From an uncultured Acidimicrobiales bacterium (lineage in GTDB: Bacteria > Actinomycetota > Acidimicrobiia > Acidimicrobiales > UBA10347), in the NCBI GenBank assembly GCA_943788915.1, contig CALSSD010000013.1, positions 248,001-312,000 of the forward strand: a DNA stretch of 64,000 nucleotides, written 5' to 3'. The notes below the pieces were generated by a model that searched no databases, was not told where the DNA came from, and saw only the letters and a list, made by a program, of their open reading frames with translations. Within the stretch, counting starts at the first letter, position 1. Every line of letters starts with the position of its first letter. This document shows, one piece after another, positions 42,329 to 52,867 of this stretch. The translations under genes were made by a program, and so were the position numbers.

Positions 42329-42495
42329 GGTTACTCCTTAGGGCGACTTATTCGAGCCAGGGGGGTTCGAACAGCGACATAAGAAGAGTCTGTGGGCATA
42401 CCAAAGTCAAGCATTTCCAACAGTTTTGGCGGTTTAGCATTCTTGGCCCCCGTCGGTGACCGTTTACCTTCATTGCTGGGGCGTAACCTGTCGAG

Positions 42496-43056
42496 GTGTC
42501 ACAGCCGAGTCGTAAGGAATCAAAAGAGGGTCCCGACGGGTTTAGTCGTTATGTCCTGCCCGAACTCGATGTCCTCATGCGAGTCGCCCGGTCTATCACC
42601 GGGAATCCGACCGATGCAGACGACCTCGTCCAAGACACGCTGCTGCGTGCGTATCGAGCGATCGACAAGTTCGATGGCCGGTACCCGCGAGCGTGGCTCC
42701 TCACCATCATGCGTAATGCACAAATCAATCGGGTACGCCGCAAACGGCCCGAGCTCATGCGTGACCCCGACACCACCCTTGCTGTCGTCGCAAACACCGA
42801 TAGTGACGCAAAAACGCCTGAATCAGTGGTTCTTGACCGAACTTTCGACGCCGCAGTCGAACGTTCCTTGGCAGCAATTCCTTCACAATTCCGTGAGGCC
42901 ATTCATCTCGTTGACATCGATGGACTCTCGTACAACGAGGCAGCAGCAGTACTCGACATCCCAGTTGGCACAGTGATGAGTCGTCTACACCGTGGTCGCA
43001 AACTCATTCGCAACGACCTCACGATGGATCCAGATTTCGAACGGGCTAGCTCATGA
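42496..43056 (+). CDS. ECF sigma factor
   Basis: DADDLVQDT, PVGTVMSRLHRGR. Confidence 0.93.
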   Translation: MSQPSRKESKEGPDGFSRYVLPELDVLMRVARSITGNPTDADDLVQDTLLRAYRAIDKFDGRYPRAWLLTIMRNAQINRVRRKRPELMRDPDTTLAVVANTDSDAKTPESVVLDRTFDAAVERSLAAIPSQFREAIHLVDIDGLSYNEAAAVLDIPVGTVMSRLHRGRKLIRNDLTMDPDFERASS

Positions 43057-43334
43057 ACTTCTTGTCACGATTCTTCAAGCGCGACATGAGCTGTCACCAG
43101 GTCGCAGCGGTGATGCAGCAGTATCTCGACGCGGAACTAGAACCCTCCCAGGTGCCCAAGGTTTTGAAGCATCTCGAGGCCTGTAAGGACTGTGGGCTCG
43201 AAGCCACGATGTACACCCGCATCAAGCATTCGCTGCAGAATCATCAAGAATCGCCAACCGAAGATTCGATCGCGCGCATTCGGAACCTCGCTGAAGAGCT
43301 CGCTGCGAATGGCATTCCTGAGGCCGCCGAGTAG
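43053..43334 (+). CDS. Soluble zinc-binding (ZAS/zf-HC2) anti-sigma factor
   Basis: HLEACKDC (HxxxCxxC), ATGA coupling to the sigma gene. Confidence 0.88.
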   Translation: MNFLSRFFKRDMSCHQVAAVMQQYLDAELEPSQVPKVLKHLEACKDCGLEATMYTRIKHSLQNHQESPTEDSIARIRNLAEELAANGIPEAAE

Positions 43335-43555
43335 CTACTACCTGCCCGAGTCCAATTTTTACTGGTGTCTTCTGCGACCGGGGACAGGCCCGTTTGGCGC
43401 ACTGTGAGTGGGGCTTAACTGCTTCACGGTTGTCGAATCACTCGCTGCGACGCCACAACTGCTGAGCCACGGCCACTGCGCTCAAACGGTTGCGCCACAA
43501 ACCAACAGCCCCAAGAACTGCGCGGTCGAAGCCCTCGACCACCCGATTTTTGGAG

Positions 43556-44929
43556 CTATGGGCTTTGGTGTCGACGCGGTGAGCGGGCCGACTCACCCTC
43601 GTATTCGTAGAACCAACGGGTTGCTGCCTTCTGCATGACGGACGACCAGCTCGGATAAGCCCGCGCGGTCTGAGCTAGTCGGAACCCGTAGGCGTTCATG
43701 CGCATCATGAGCGCAATTTCGTTGATCATCTCGCCGGCTCGGCCACCCACGATTGTTGCCCCCACGACCTTCCCGCCAAGCCGATGTTTGGTGAAGGGAG
43801 TGGGCCTGGCAATAAGCCGGACGAAACCGGTGGTTTCGTCGGCTGCAAGCGCGCGGTCATTGGACGCCATCTCGACTTCGGCAACGCGCGCATCGTCAGG
43901 TGCATCGGATTCGAGTAGCCCAATGGCTGCAACCTCGGGAGTGGTGAACACGACATGAGGAATGCGTTTTGGGTCGTACCGATATTTGCGGCCCGCCCGC
44001 AACGCTGTCCATACTGCGACCCGTCCCATCTCGTCGGCAGCATGGCTCAGTAGCTGGACGCCATTGCAGTCCCCAGCAGCAAAGACACCCTTCACGTTGG
44101 TGCGCAAATAGCCATCGGTCTCGATGAAACCCTGTTTGGTCAGCGCTACACCAGCGACGTCGAGGCCGAAACCGGAGGTACTCGGCGAGCGGCCGGTTGC
44201 TACGAGCAACTCTTCGGCCACGATGGTCTCGCTGCCGAGGTCGATGTGGAAACCCGTCCCATCGTGCCTCACCGATTTCACACCGGTCTTCGTTCGCACA
44301 TCGATGCCCATCTCCCGCATGCTTGCCGCAACAAGCGTCGAGGCATCGGGTTCATAACGATGCAGAATGCGATCCGCGAACTCGACAATGGTGACCTTGG
44401 TGCCGAACCGGGCCATCGCTTCACCCAGTTCGCAGCCGATCGGGCCACCACCAACAACCACGAGCGATGCCGGTCGTCTCCGAGGGTCGAAGAAACCCTC
44501 GTTCGTCCGATACGGAACTTGATCGAGCCCGTCGATCGGCGGTGCTGCCGGACGGCTACCGGTCGCAACAATGACGTGCTTCGCCCGGATGTTCCGGCCA
44601 TCGACCTCGATTGTGCGTGGCCCAACAAAGGTGCCCCGAGCTTCGATCACGTCGACGCCGTCGCGCCGCAGCACTTCGGCATTCTCTCCCGCAGCAATTG
44701 TTGCCACGACTCGTTGGACACGTTCGATGGCATCAGCGAAGTCCAGGCCTTGGCGCGACGCCTCGATCAACGACTTCGATGGCACACAGCCGGTGAACGT
44801 GCAGTCGCCACCAAGTGGTGCATCGCTGACAAGTGCAACCGTCGCGCCTTCCCAACGGGCAGCGCGAGCCGCGGAGAGACCAGCTGCTCCCCCGCCCACA
44901 ATGAGCACGTCGTAGTCGGTCATTGGCAC
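43556..44929 (-). CDS. Pyridine nucleotide-disulfide oxidoreductase (LpdA/MerA-like)
   Basis: GGGAAG, GGDCTFTGCVPSK, GGGPIGCE; no C-terminal Cys pair. Confidence 0.9.
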   Translation of the reverse strand: MPMTDYDVLIVGGGAAGLSAARAARWEGATVALVSDAPLGGDCTFTGCVPSKSLIEASRQGLDFADAIERVQRVVATIAAGENAEVLRRDGVDVIEARGTFVGPRTIEVDGRNIRAKHVIVATGSRPAAPPIDGLDQVPYRTNEGFFDPRRRPASLVVVGGGPIGCELGEAMARFGTKVTIVEFADRILHRYEPDASTLVAASMREMGIDVRTKTGVKSVRHDGTGFHIDLGSETIVAEELLVATGRSPSTSGFGLDVAGVALTKQGFIETDGYLRTNVKGVFAAGDCNGVQLLSHAADEMGRVAVWTALRAGRKYRYDPKRIPHVVFTTPEVAAIGLLESDAPDDARVAEVEMASNDRALAADETTGFVRLIARPTPFTKHRLGGKVVGATIVGGRAGEMINEIALMMRMNAYGFRLAQTARAYPSWSSVMQKAATRWFYEYEGESARSPRRHQSP

Positions 44930-44932
44930 ACC

Positions 44933-45190
44933 TCAGTGGACCATGCGGGCCAGAAACCACGCCAGGTTTATCGTGCACAAGCCCCAGATGAAGTGGCGAA
45001 TATCGCGCTCTAACTGCCAGCTGACAGCAATCGCGAAGAGCCAGATCGGCCCCATCACCGCCCACTGGATTGCCACCGTGCGATCCGTCTTGGGTAACAC
45101 CACGTCGAGAGCCAGTCCGCTCCAGTCAACAGCTATGAGGTCGGAAAGCACAACATGGAAACTCTGCCAATCCCGCCCCCATTCCCTCAT
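44933..45190 (-). CDS. Small membrane hypothetical protein
   Basis: Two hydrophobic segments; co-oriented between trpA and the oxidoreductase. Confidence 0.6.
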   Translation of the reverse strand: MREWGRDWQSFHVVLSDLIAVDWSGLALDVVLPKTDRTVAIQWAVMGPIWLFAIAVSWQLERDIRHFIWGLCTINLAWFLARMVH

Positions 45191-45239
45191 CTGTGAGCCT
45201 CACACCGCGCATAGCGCGAACTGAGGCTCACAGATGGGG

Positions 45240-46046
45240 TCAATTGCCGGGAAAAGCGGTGTCGAGTGCGGTGCGGTACTCGGTGATGAGTTCTCGAACC
45301 GCGTCGGCGCCATTGGTGCCGGTCTCAAGGCCATGTACCAATCGGCGCACCACGGTGCTGCCAATGATGACGCCGTCGGCTACTGAACATGCTTCGACAG
45401 CCTGCTCAGGACTCCCAATGCCCACACCAACAAGGACCGGCAGATCGGTGTGTTCCTTGGCCCGACGGGCGATCTCGATGGCCGAAGCAGCTAGCGCCGC
45501 TCGTTCGCCAGTAATTCCGAGCAAACCGACCGCGTACACGAAACCGCTGGCCATCTGGCCGGTGCGAGCCAAACGATCGTCTGGCGACGTCGGTGCAGCG
45601 AACAAGATGTTCTCGATGCCGTGTTCCTTGGCGGTAACGATCCAGTCGGCAGACTCGTCCATCTGGATGTCTGGCAGGATCGTGCCGCTGATGCCTGCCT
45701 CGTTCAACATGTTGGCGAAACGTTCATGGCCCATCCGATACGCGATGTTGTAATACGTCATGGTGGCCAGCGGGATAGGCGACTCGAAATCGCGCAGATC
45801 TGCGGCGATCGAAAGTGGCGTGACACCGGACGCAAGCGCTAGGTCGTTGGCCTGCTGAATGATGGGACCGTCCATGACCGGGTCACTGAACGGGATACCA
45901 ACCTCACATGCGTCGGCGCCACCGTCGATGACCGCAGCCAGCGACGCCAGCCAGTCAGGTCCGAGGCCACCGGTTATGAAGGGCACCAGGCATTTGCGGC
46001 CTGAGTCGCGCACGGCGCGCAGGGCCGTTTCGATCTGGCCGCTCAC
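45240..46046 (-). CDS. trpA: Tryptophan synthase alpha subunit
   Basis: [22 protein letters not shown]. Confidence 0.96.
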   Translation of the reverse strand: MSGQIETALRAVRDSGRKCLVPFITGGLGPDWLASLAAVIDGGADACEVGIPFSDPVMDGPIIQQANDLALASGVTPLSIAADLRDFESPIPLATMTYYNIAYRMGHERFANMLNEAGISGTILPDIQMDESADWIVTAKEHGIENILFAAPTSPDDRLARTGQMASGFVYAVGLLGITGERAALAASAIEIARRAKEHTDLPVLVGVGIGSPEQAVEACSVADGVIIGSTVVRRLVHGLETGTNGADAVRELITEYRTALDTAFPGN

Positions 46047-47200
46047 AGTTCGAGGATTCCCATCATCTGGTTGACGTCCTTGTCGCCCCGCCCCGACAGG
46101 TTCATGAGCACGAGCTTGCCGGCGAGTTCATCCTTGGCTCGGATCATCCATGCCAGGGCATGGGCACATTCGAGCGCAGCGATAATGCCCTCGGTTCGAG
46201 GAAGTACCTGAAACGCTTCGATCACCTCGGCGTCGGTGACCTGTTCGTACCGAGCCCGACCGATCGCAGCAAGATGTGAGTGTTCGGGTCCGACACCCGG
46301 ATAATCCAGGCCAGCGGAGATCGACTCGGCTTCCAGCACCTGCCCGAATTCGTCCTGCTTCAGGTACGACAACATGCCATGTACGACACCAGGGATACCG
46401 TCGCCGACAGCTGCGCCACCCGCAGGTTCAACACCAACAAGTTCGGCGTCTGTATCCACAAAGCCGCTGAAGATACCGGCCGCGTTCGACCCGCCTCCCA
46501 CACACGCCGTGACGACATCAGGATGACGGCCATAACGCTCGAGGCATTGTTCGCGTGCCTCGGTGCCAATGACCCGATGAAACTCGCGGACCATGAACGG
46601 ATAAGGGTGTGGTCCCATGACCGATCCCAGGCAATAATGCGAGTCCTCGACCGTGGCCACCCAGTCGCGCATGGCCTCGTTAACGGCGTCCTTCAGCGTG
46701 CGACTGCCGCTTAGAGCCGGGACGACCTCGGCTCCGAGCAACTTCATGCGGAACACGTTCAGTTCCTGGCGTTTCATGTCGACTTCGCCCATGTACACCA
46801 TGCATTCCATACCAAGCAGGGCTGCAGCAGTTGCGGTAGCCACACCGTGCTGGCCAGCGCCGGTCTCGGCGACCAACCGGGTCTTACCCATACGTTGCGC
46901 GAGCAGGGCTTGTCCGAGCACGTTGTTGATCTTGTGTGAACCGGTGTGGTTCAGGTCTTCGCGCTTCATCACCAGGGTGAAGCCGAACTCTTCGGAGAAC
47001 CGGGGGCAGTCAGTGATTGGATTCGGTCGGCCGGTGTATTCGCGTTGCAGGCGATCGAGCTCGCCCCGAAACTCGGGATCAGCCCACGCCTCGGCGAATG
47101 CATGTTCGAGTTCGATGCACGCAGGCACCAACGTTTCGGGCACGAAGCGCCCGCCAAACTCGCCGAAGCGACCCGTTGGACCTGGGTCAGTCATCGTCAT
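46043..47200 (-). CDS. trpB: Tryptophan synthase beta subunit
   Basis: [24 protein letters not shown]. Confidence 0.98.
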   Translation of the reverse strand: MTMTDPGPTGRFGEFGGRFVPETLVPACIELEHAFAEAWADPEFRGELDRLQREYTGRPNPITDCPRFSEEFGFTLVMKREDLNHTGSHKINNVLGQALLAQRMGKTRLVAETGAGQHGVATATAAALLGMECMVYMGEVDMKRQELNVFRMKLLGAEVVPALSGSRTLKDAVNEAMRDWVATVEDSHYCLGSVMGPHPYPFMVREFHRVIGTEAREQCLERYGRHPDVVTACVGGGSNAAGIFSGFVDTDAELVGVEPAGGAAVGDGIPGVVHGMLSYLKQDEFGQVLEAESISAGLDYPGVGPEHSHLAAIGRARYEQVTDAEVIEAFQVLPRTEGIIAALECAHALAWMIRAKDELAGKLVLMNLSGRGDKDVNQMMGILEL

Positions 47201-47281
47201 CGGCTGTCACCTTTCGATTGGGCTGAAGTGCCTTAGAAGTTGAGTGCCGTACAAGTGCGGCGACCAAAGCGGATGAGCGTT

Positions 47282-47965
47282 CTAAAGATCCGCTTCGGAT
47301 TCCCAATCGTAGGGCCCACTTGCTCGTTCTTCGCAGTCAGGCAGCACGACACTTTTGGCGTTTTTTACAAACGCCGCTACCAGCTTGGGGTCTTTCTTGC
47401 CAGGTTCTGACTCGACGCCGCTTGCGACGTCAACGCCCCAGGCTCGGGACCGCAAGATCGCATCGGCAACATTGCCCGGATGGAGGCCGCCGGCCAAGAC
47501 AACATGCATGCCTGCGGGAGCCTTGCGAGCCAACGCGTAGTCATACGGCTCACCCGGCACCAGCACAGATGTGTCACCGGCTTTAGGCGCATCGATCAGG
47601 ATGGGATCGGTGCCCCATTTGCGGGCACTGAGTAACTTGTCGCTACCTGCGACAAAGACCTTCATGGTCCGCGGCACACGTTCCTGCACGTACAACGTGT
47701 CTTCAGGACTCTCGTCGCCATGCAGCTGCGCAGCTCCAAGGCCCTGTCGATTCACGATCTCGACGACCTTGCTGGGTGCATGGTTGCGAAACACACCAAC
47801 GGTGAGGATGTCAGGAGGCAGCCGCTTGGCGATATCGCCAGCTCGAGCTGGAGCAATCTGGCGAGACGAACCGGCAGCGAAAATGAACCCGACGGCGTCC
47901 GCGCCCATGGCCACAGCGATCAGCGCGTCAGCTTCGTTCGTTATCCCGCAGATCTTTACAAACAC
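47282..47965 (-). CDS. trpF: Phosphoribosylanthranilate isomerase
   Basis: VKICGIT, QLHGDES, LAGGL, GVDVASGVE. Confidence 0.95.
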   Translation of the reverse strand: MFVKICGITNEADALIAVAMGADAVGFIFAAGSSRQIAPARAGDIAKRLPPDILTVGVFRNHAPSKVVEIVNRQGLGAAQLHGDESPEDTLYVQERVPRTMKVFVAGSDKLLSARKWGTDPILIDAPKAGDTSVLVPGEPYDYALARKAPAGMHVVLAGGLHPGNVADAILRSRAWGVDVASGVESEPGKKDPKLVAAFVKNAKSVVLPDCEERASGPYDWESEADL

Positions 47966-48019
47966 CAGTGATCACTCTAGTGCCAGGCCGCCATGCACTC
48001 GCTATGACTTGCAGAAGAG

Positions 48020-48532
48020 CTAACAGTCGCGCACATCGATGCCGCTGAGCTCAGCGAGCCGCCCAGCGACCAGCGGCACCTGTGTTTCACAGATAGCTGC
48101 ACCGGCAAGTGTCCGAGGATCACCAATTCGCAGATCAGACGCGCCCGTCAGATCGACATCGGTGAGTGCACATCGGTCGAAGCCGACACCTTCGATGGAG
48201 GATCCTGGGAACACGATCTGTGTGAGTGACGACTCATAGAAGTCGCTCCCCACAAGCTGGCACGCTTCGAAGGTCACCGTCTCGAGGGCCATCATCCGAA
48301 ACGAGCACTCGGCTAGCTGGCAACCATCGAAGACCACGTTTCGGACTAATCGGCCGAAACGGGTGCCGCGCAGTTTGCAGTTCACGAACAGCGAGTTCCG
48401 GACACCGATCACATCGGTCACCGATAGGTCGCAGCCTGCGAACACGCACGAATCGGCAGCAAACGGCACGCCTGCGAGGTCTGCCACATCGTCGTTCGTG
48501 ATCACGGTGCGCTCGATCTCGACACGGCTCAT
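48020..48532 (-). CDS. Pentapeptide repeat protein
   Basis: Repeated xxFxx/xxLxx pentapeptides (FVNCK LRGTR, FDGCQ LAECS). Confidence 0.8.
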   Translation of the reverse strand: MSRVEIERTVITNDDVADLAGVPFAADSCVFAGCDLSVTDVIGVRNSLFVNCKLRGTRFGRLVRNVVFDGCQLAECSFRMMALETVTFEACQLVGSDFYESSLTQIVFPGSSIEGVGFDRCALTDVDLTGASDLRIGDPRTLAGAAICETQVPLVAGRLAELSGIDVRDC

Positions 48533-48607
48533 CCCGGTCAAAGTCCCCGACGGCGTGTGCTGGGTCAAATGCGTTGAGCGCCGAAGACCGCAGCGTGCGA
48601 GGGTCGA

Positions 48608-49087
48608 TCACGGGGTGAGCTGTTTGAGCATTGTGTGCACTACGACATGCCCGAAACCTGGCAATCGCTCACTGCTCGATTCGGTCCATCCGAGGTGGGT
48701 GTAGATCGCTCTGTTGGCAACAGCAAGGTCTCCCACGATCAGCTGCAACACGTTGTGCCCGCTGACTTTCGCGTGGTCTTCGGCAGCCTGCAGCAACACC
48801 GATGAGATCCCTTGGCCCCGGCAATCTGGTGCAACCATGAGCCGCTCGACCGACGGAATACCTCGCCGGTAGGTGCGCAGGCTTATCGCACCGACGATGC
48901 GTCCGTCGTGGGCCGCCACCCACGATGTCGAAGCATCCATGCGGGCGATGAACTCGTCGAACGTCTCATCCAGTGCCGGAACAAACGGCGTCTCATAGAT
49001 GCGCGCCTCGTCAACAAACGAGGCCCGTTGCAGGGTAAAGACCTGGCCGTAGTCGGCCGAGTCCAAACGTCGGATGCTCCGGCCCAT
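48608..49087 (-). CDS. GNAT family N-acetyltransferase
   Basis: RLMVAPDCRGQGIS, IYTHLGW. Confidence 0.85.
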   Translation of the reverse strand: MGRSIRRLDSADYGQVFTLQRASFVDEARIYETPFVPALDETFDEFIARMDASTSWVAAHDGRIVGAISLRTYRRGIPSVERLMVAPDCRGQGISSVLLQAAEDHAKVSGHNVLQLIVGDLAVANRAIYTHLGWTESSSERLPGFGHVVVHTMLKQLTP

Positions 49088-49090
49088 GAG

Positions 49091-49876
49091 TTACGCCTTG
49101 ACGACGGACCGCAGTGCTCTGACTGCGGCAGCCCGCTCCCCCGCGGTAACAATCGATTCACCAACCAGCACTGCATCGAATCCAGCGGAGTACAACACGG
49201 TTGCGTCCTCGGGTCCTCTGACACCAGACTCCGCGACCCGAACCAATCCTGCCGGTATCTGAGGCGCCATGCGCACGGCACGATCTTGGTCGACTTCGAA
49301 CGTCACCAGATCGCGCTGGTTCACGCCCACGACCTGTGCATTAACAGCCAACGCCCGTTCGAGCTCAACCTCGTCGTGGATCTCGAACAGCGCCGTGAGC
49401 CCGACCTGTGATGCGGCATCAGCAAACTGGGCGAGTTCGTCGTCATTCAGCGCTGCTGCGATCAGGAGCACGGCGTCAGCACCCATAAGCCGGGCGTCGT
49501 ACACATCATGGAGTGCAACCGTGAAGTCCTTGCGGATCACCGGCAGGTCCACTGCAGCCCGAGCGGCTTGTAGGTCGGCGGGCGAGCCGCCGAAATGGTC
49601 GACATCGGTGAGTACCGAAAGGCACGCCGCCCCGCCCTCGGCATAAGCACTGGCGACCTCGGCTGGATCAAGATCGGCAGCCAAGTCACCCTTGGACGGT
49701 GATCGACGTTTGACCTCGGCAATCACCGACAGGCCGGGAGCTCGGAGCGCGCCGGCAAAGTCACGGGCAGGCGCGAGTTGCAGGCACTGTGCGAGAAGCT
49801 CGGCGCTGCTGCGCGTGTCGCGAGAAGCGGTCTCGCGATGAGCGGCAAGAATCTTGTCGAGATATGTCTCGGTCAC
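49091..49876 (-). CDS. trpC: Indole-3-glycerol phosphate synthase
   Basis: IAEVKRRSPSKG, SVLTD, RKDF, VAESG. Confidence 0.96.
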   Translation of the reverse strand: MTETYLDKILAAHRETASRDTRSSAELLAQCLQLAPARDFAGALRAPGLSVIAEVKRRSPSKGDLAADLDPAEVASAYAEGGAACLSVLTDVDHFGGSPADLQAARAAVDLPVIRKDFTVALHDVYDARLMGADAVLLIAAALNDDELAQFADAASQVGLTALFEIHDEVELERALAVNAQVVGVNQRDLVTFEVDQDRAVRMAPQIPAGLVRVAESGVRGPEDATVLYSAGFDAVLVGESIVTAGERAAAVRALRSVVKA

Positions 49877-50460
49877 AGGTCAGGGTCTCTTTCGGCTCGA
49901 CTCATTACAAACAATGGAAGCATGAGGAAACACACTGCGCCCAACGCCATCGCAATGAGGCCCAAGGCAAACACGCCGTTTGCGTTGACCATCGTGCCAA
50001 ACGCCAGCGTGACAAGGCCGAAGACCACGAGTAGCACCGGCAGAAAGGTCACCCACCGTGGTATTCCTCTGCTGCCAGCGATCGGCCTTGCGTCGAAGTC
50101 GACATCGCTGCGATCGTTTGGATCATCGTCGAAGGGTTTGAAGTGTGCATGGCCGCGCCGTTGCTGAGAGGCGCCGGTTGACCGTTGACCGTTGTTTCCC
50201 GACCTGCTGTTTCCTGACCTTTTGTCTCCCAGACCGGTCGCCATGGATTGTTTGGCGTCGTACTCTCGGCGTTTATGGACCACGCCCAAAACGTTCCAGG
50301 CTTCATTGATCTGCTGCATACGGCCTTCGGCCCGATCGCGGTCCGGGCCATCAAACTGATCCGGATGATGCTTCCGGGCCAGCTTGAGATAGGCGGCGCG
50401 CAGATCCGCAGCACTCGCGGTCGGGATCACACCCAACGTGTTGTAGTGATCCACCGACAT
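49873..50460 (-). CDS. J-domain protein with two C-terminal TM helices
   Basis: DHYNTLGV, HHPD, INEAW; hydrophobic C-terminus. Confidence 0.85.
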   Translation of the reverse strand: MSVDHYNTLGVIPTASAADLRAAYLKLARKHHPDQFDGPDRDRAEGRMQQINEAWNVLGVVHKRREYDAKQSMATGLGDKRSGNSRSGNNGQRSTGASQQRRGHAHFKPFDDDPNDRSDVDFDARPIAGSRGIPRWVTFLPVLLVVFGLVTLAFGTMVNANGVFALGLIAMALGAVCFLMLPLFVMSRAERDPDL

Positions 50461-50462
50461 CG

Positions 50463-51344
50463 TCAGCCTCGGACGAGGGGAAGCTCTCGCAACTCACCCG
50501 TGACTGGGACTCCGCTGACGTAAGTCGTCACCGACTGCCCAACCTCGCCAGCGCGGCTGATGTACGCAAGACCCACGGCGGCCCCAAGCTGTTCGGAATA
50601 CGATGCCGAAGTAATCGAACCAATAGCCGCATCGCCAGCCATGACCGCTGCCTCGGCCGAAGGCACAACGTCGCCTGCAAACACGACGGAAAGTAATCGT
50701 TTCGGCACATTGTTGCCCCGGCTGTCGATCCGGGCGACAAGCTCCTGCCCGGTGTAGCAACCTTTGGTAAAGCTCACGCTCTGCTCAACAATGCCAGCGG
50801 CGGCAGGAATAGTTGACTCATCAAGCTCGCTGCCCATCTTGGGCACACCGGCTTCGATACGCAACGCGGTGAACTGCTCAGTGCTGAGTTCCGGTGCATC
50901 AACTGATGCCCCACCAAGGGCCGGGCCAAATACGTCGCGTACGGCAACACCGGCCCACGATGTGATCATGTCGTGTTCGACGCCACCGAGTTGTGACTCG
51001 TCGGCACCGGGACCAACGATTGTCAACGACTCCCATGGAGCCAGCGAGATATCGATGTCGGTTCGGAGTTTGAATCGGTTGAGGCGGGTCAGGACCTCGT
51101 CGGCCCAGCCCGCGTCAACATCGATCACGAAGCGGTCGTCGGTGACCCGAGTGATACGGAACCACGCTGAAATCTTGCCTTGAGGATGAAGTAGCAGCGA
51201 CCATCCGGCCTCGCCAGGGGCCAGCGCATCAAGATCCTGGCTGAGTTGTCCCTGGAGGAATTTCAGGGCATCAGGGCCTTCGGCGATAACCGCCTGGCGC
51301 TGGCCTGCAATCACTGCGAGCGTGGTGCGAACATCAATGGTCAT
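50463..51344 (-). CDS. ygfZ: YgfZ/GcvT family folate-binding protein
   Basis: KGCYTGQE motif, FLQGQLSQD. Confidence 0.9.
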   Translation of the reverse strand: MTIDVRTTLAVIAGQRQAVIAEGPDALKFLQGQLSQDLDALAPGEAGWSLLLHPQGKISAWFRITRVTDDRFVIDVDAGWADEVLTRLNRFKLRTDIDISLAPWESLTIVGPGADESQLGGVEHDMITSWAGVAVRDVFGPALGGASVDAPELSTEQFTALRIEAGVPKMGSELDESTIPAAAGIVEQSVSFTKGCYTGQELVARIDSRGNNVPKRLLSVVFAGDVVPSAEAAVMAGDAAIGSITSASYSEQLGAAVGLAYISRAGEVGQSVTTYVSGVPVTGELRELPLVRG

Positions 51345-51346
51345 AG

Positions 51347-52867
51347 TCAGGTACTCCGTTGGGCCCGGCGGGCGGCGGTCAAACGCTCGGCAGCGGGGAC
51401 CGCAGCCAGTAGCGCAGTGGCCTTGTGGTAACACTCGTTGTGTTCGAGCTCGGGGTCACTGTCATATACGACACCCGCGCCAGCTTGCACTGATGCACCG
51501 TTGGCGGTGATCATCATCGTGCGGATACAGATAGCGGTATCGAGGTTGCCGTTGAAGTCGATGTAGCCAACAACACCGCCATAGGGACCTCGTTTAGACG
51601 GCTCAAAGTCGTCGATGATTTCCATTGCTCGCACCTTGGGCGCACCCGACAGTGTTCCTGCTGGCAGCGTGGCCCGGATCACATCGACCGGACCAAGACC
51701 ATCGCGCAGCCGACCAGAAACCTGGGAGGTGAGATGCATGACATGGCTGTAGTGCTCGAGCACCATCAGTTCGTCGATCTCCATAGACCCGTATTCGATG
51801 ACACGGCCGATGTCGTTGCGGGCCAGGTCCACAAGCATCACATGTTCGGCGCGTTCTTTGGGGTCCTCGGCCAGTTCTGCGCCGAGTGCTCGGTCTTCTG
51901 CGTCGGTTTTGCCTCGACGCCGAGTGCCAGCGATTGGGCGGCTGATGACGCGGCCGTCTTCCAGACGCACCAACGGTTCGGGCGATGCCCCGGCCAGGCT
52001 CACCGCCGGGGTGCGCACGAAGTACATGTAGGGGCTGGGATTGATCTGGCGCAAGACCCGATAAACATCGAATGGGTCGGCATCGAGTTCGAAGTCGAAA
52101 CGTTGCGACAACACCACCTGGAAGATGTCGCCTGCCCGGATGAGTTCCTTAGCCGCATCGACGGCTCGCTGGAAATCGCCGCTGCCCATCGTGCTTTGTA
52201 CTGCGGGAAGCGGGTCATCGCTGTTGGGTGGGGTCAGTAGCGGTTCGTCAAGACCGGATGCGCCGTCGGCGGCAAACTGTTCGAGGCGAACCAGGGCTTC
52301 ATCGTAGATGGCATCGAGTTCGTCATCAGTCATCGACGCATTGACCACGACATTGTCGATCAGTGCGACGCGTTGGCGCCAGTGATCAAACGCTGCGATC
52401 TGACCGACCATCATCAGCGAGGCATCCGGCAGCGCGAGTTGGTCTTCGGGTACGTCGGGGAGTTTCTCGATCTCGCGGACGACGTCGTAGCCAAGGTAAC
52501 CAACCAGGCCACCGTGCATGGGTGGCAGTTCCTCGATAGTTGGCGAGCGGTACGTCTCGAGGATGACATCGATCGCAGCCAAGATGCCCTGGTCGCTCGG
52601 CACGTCGATGCCCAAATCACCATCGATCTCGACGGTGTTGCCGGTTGTGGTCAACGTTGCTCGGGGTCGGCGGCCCACAAAGGAAAATCGACTCCAGCGT
52701 TCACCGTTCTCGACCGACTCCAGGATGAAACCTGGCTCATCGCGGACCAAGCGGGAGAACGCTGCGACTGGCGTGGTCAGGTCAGCGACCAGTTCTCGCC
52801 ATACGGGCAAGACGGTGTACGTCTTTGCCCAGGTGTGGAACTGCTCTCGTGTGGGGCCGTCAGACAC
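51347..52867 (-). CDS. trpE: Anthranilate synthase component I
   Basis: GDIFQVVLSQR, NPSPYM, EHVMLVDLARND, SGAPKVRAM. Confidence 0.95.
   Translation of the reverse strand: MSDGPTREQFHTWAKTYTVLPVWRELVADLTTPVAAFSRLVRDEPGFILESVENGERWSRFSFVGRRPRATLTTTGNTVEIDGDLGIDVPSDQGILAAIDVILETYRSPTIEELPPMHGGLVGYLGYDVVREIEKLPDVPEDQLALPDASLMMVGQIAAFDHWRQRVALIDNVVVNASMTDDELDAIYDEALVRLEQFAADGASGLDEPLLTPPNSDDPLPAVQSTMGSGDFQRAVDAAKELIRAGDIFQVVLSQRFDFELDADPFDVYRVLRQINPSPYMYFVRTPAVSLAGASPEPLVRLEDGRVISRPIAGTRRRGKTDAEDRALGAELAEDPKERAEHVMLVDLARNDIGRVIEYGSMEIDELMVLEHYSHVMHLTSQVSGRLRDGLGPVDVIRATLPAGTLSGAPKVRAMEIIDDFEPSKRGPYGGVVGYIDFNGNLDTAICIRTMMITANGASVQAGAGVVYDSDPELEHNECYHKATALLAAVPAAERLTAARRAQRST

Noticed and set aside
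43556..44929. Mercuric reductase merA
   Set aside because: No C-terminal Cys-Cys pair and no mer genes nearby
47238..47260. Second HAIR site upstream of trpB
   Set aside because: Only one half-site (GTTGAGT); the second half does not match at N7 spacing
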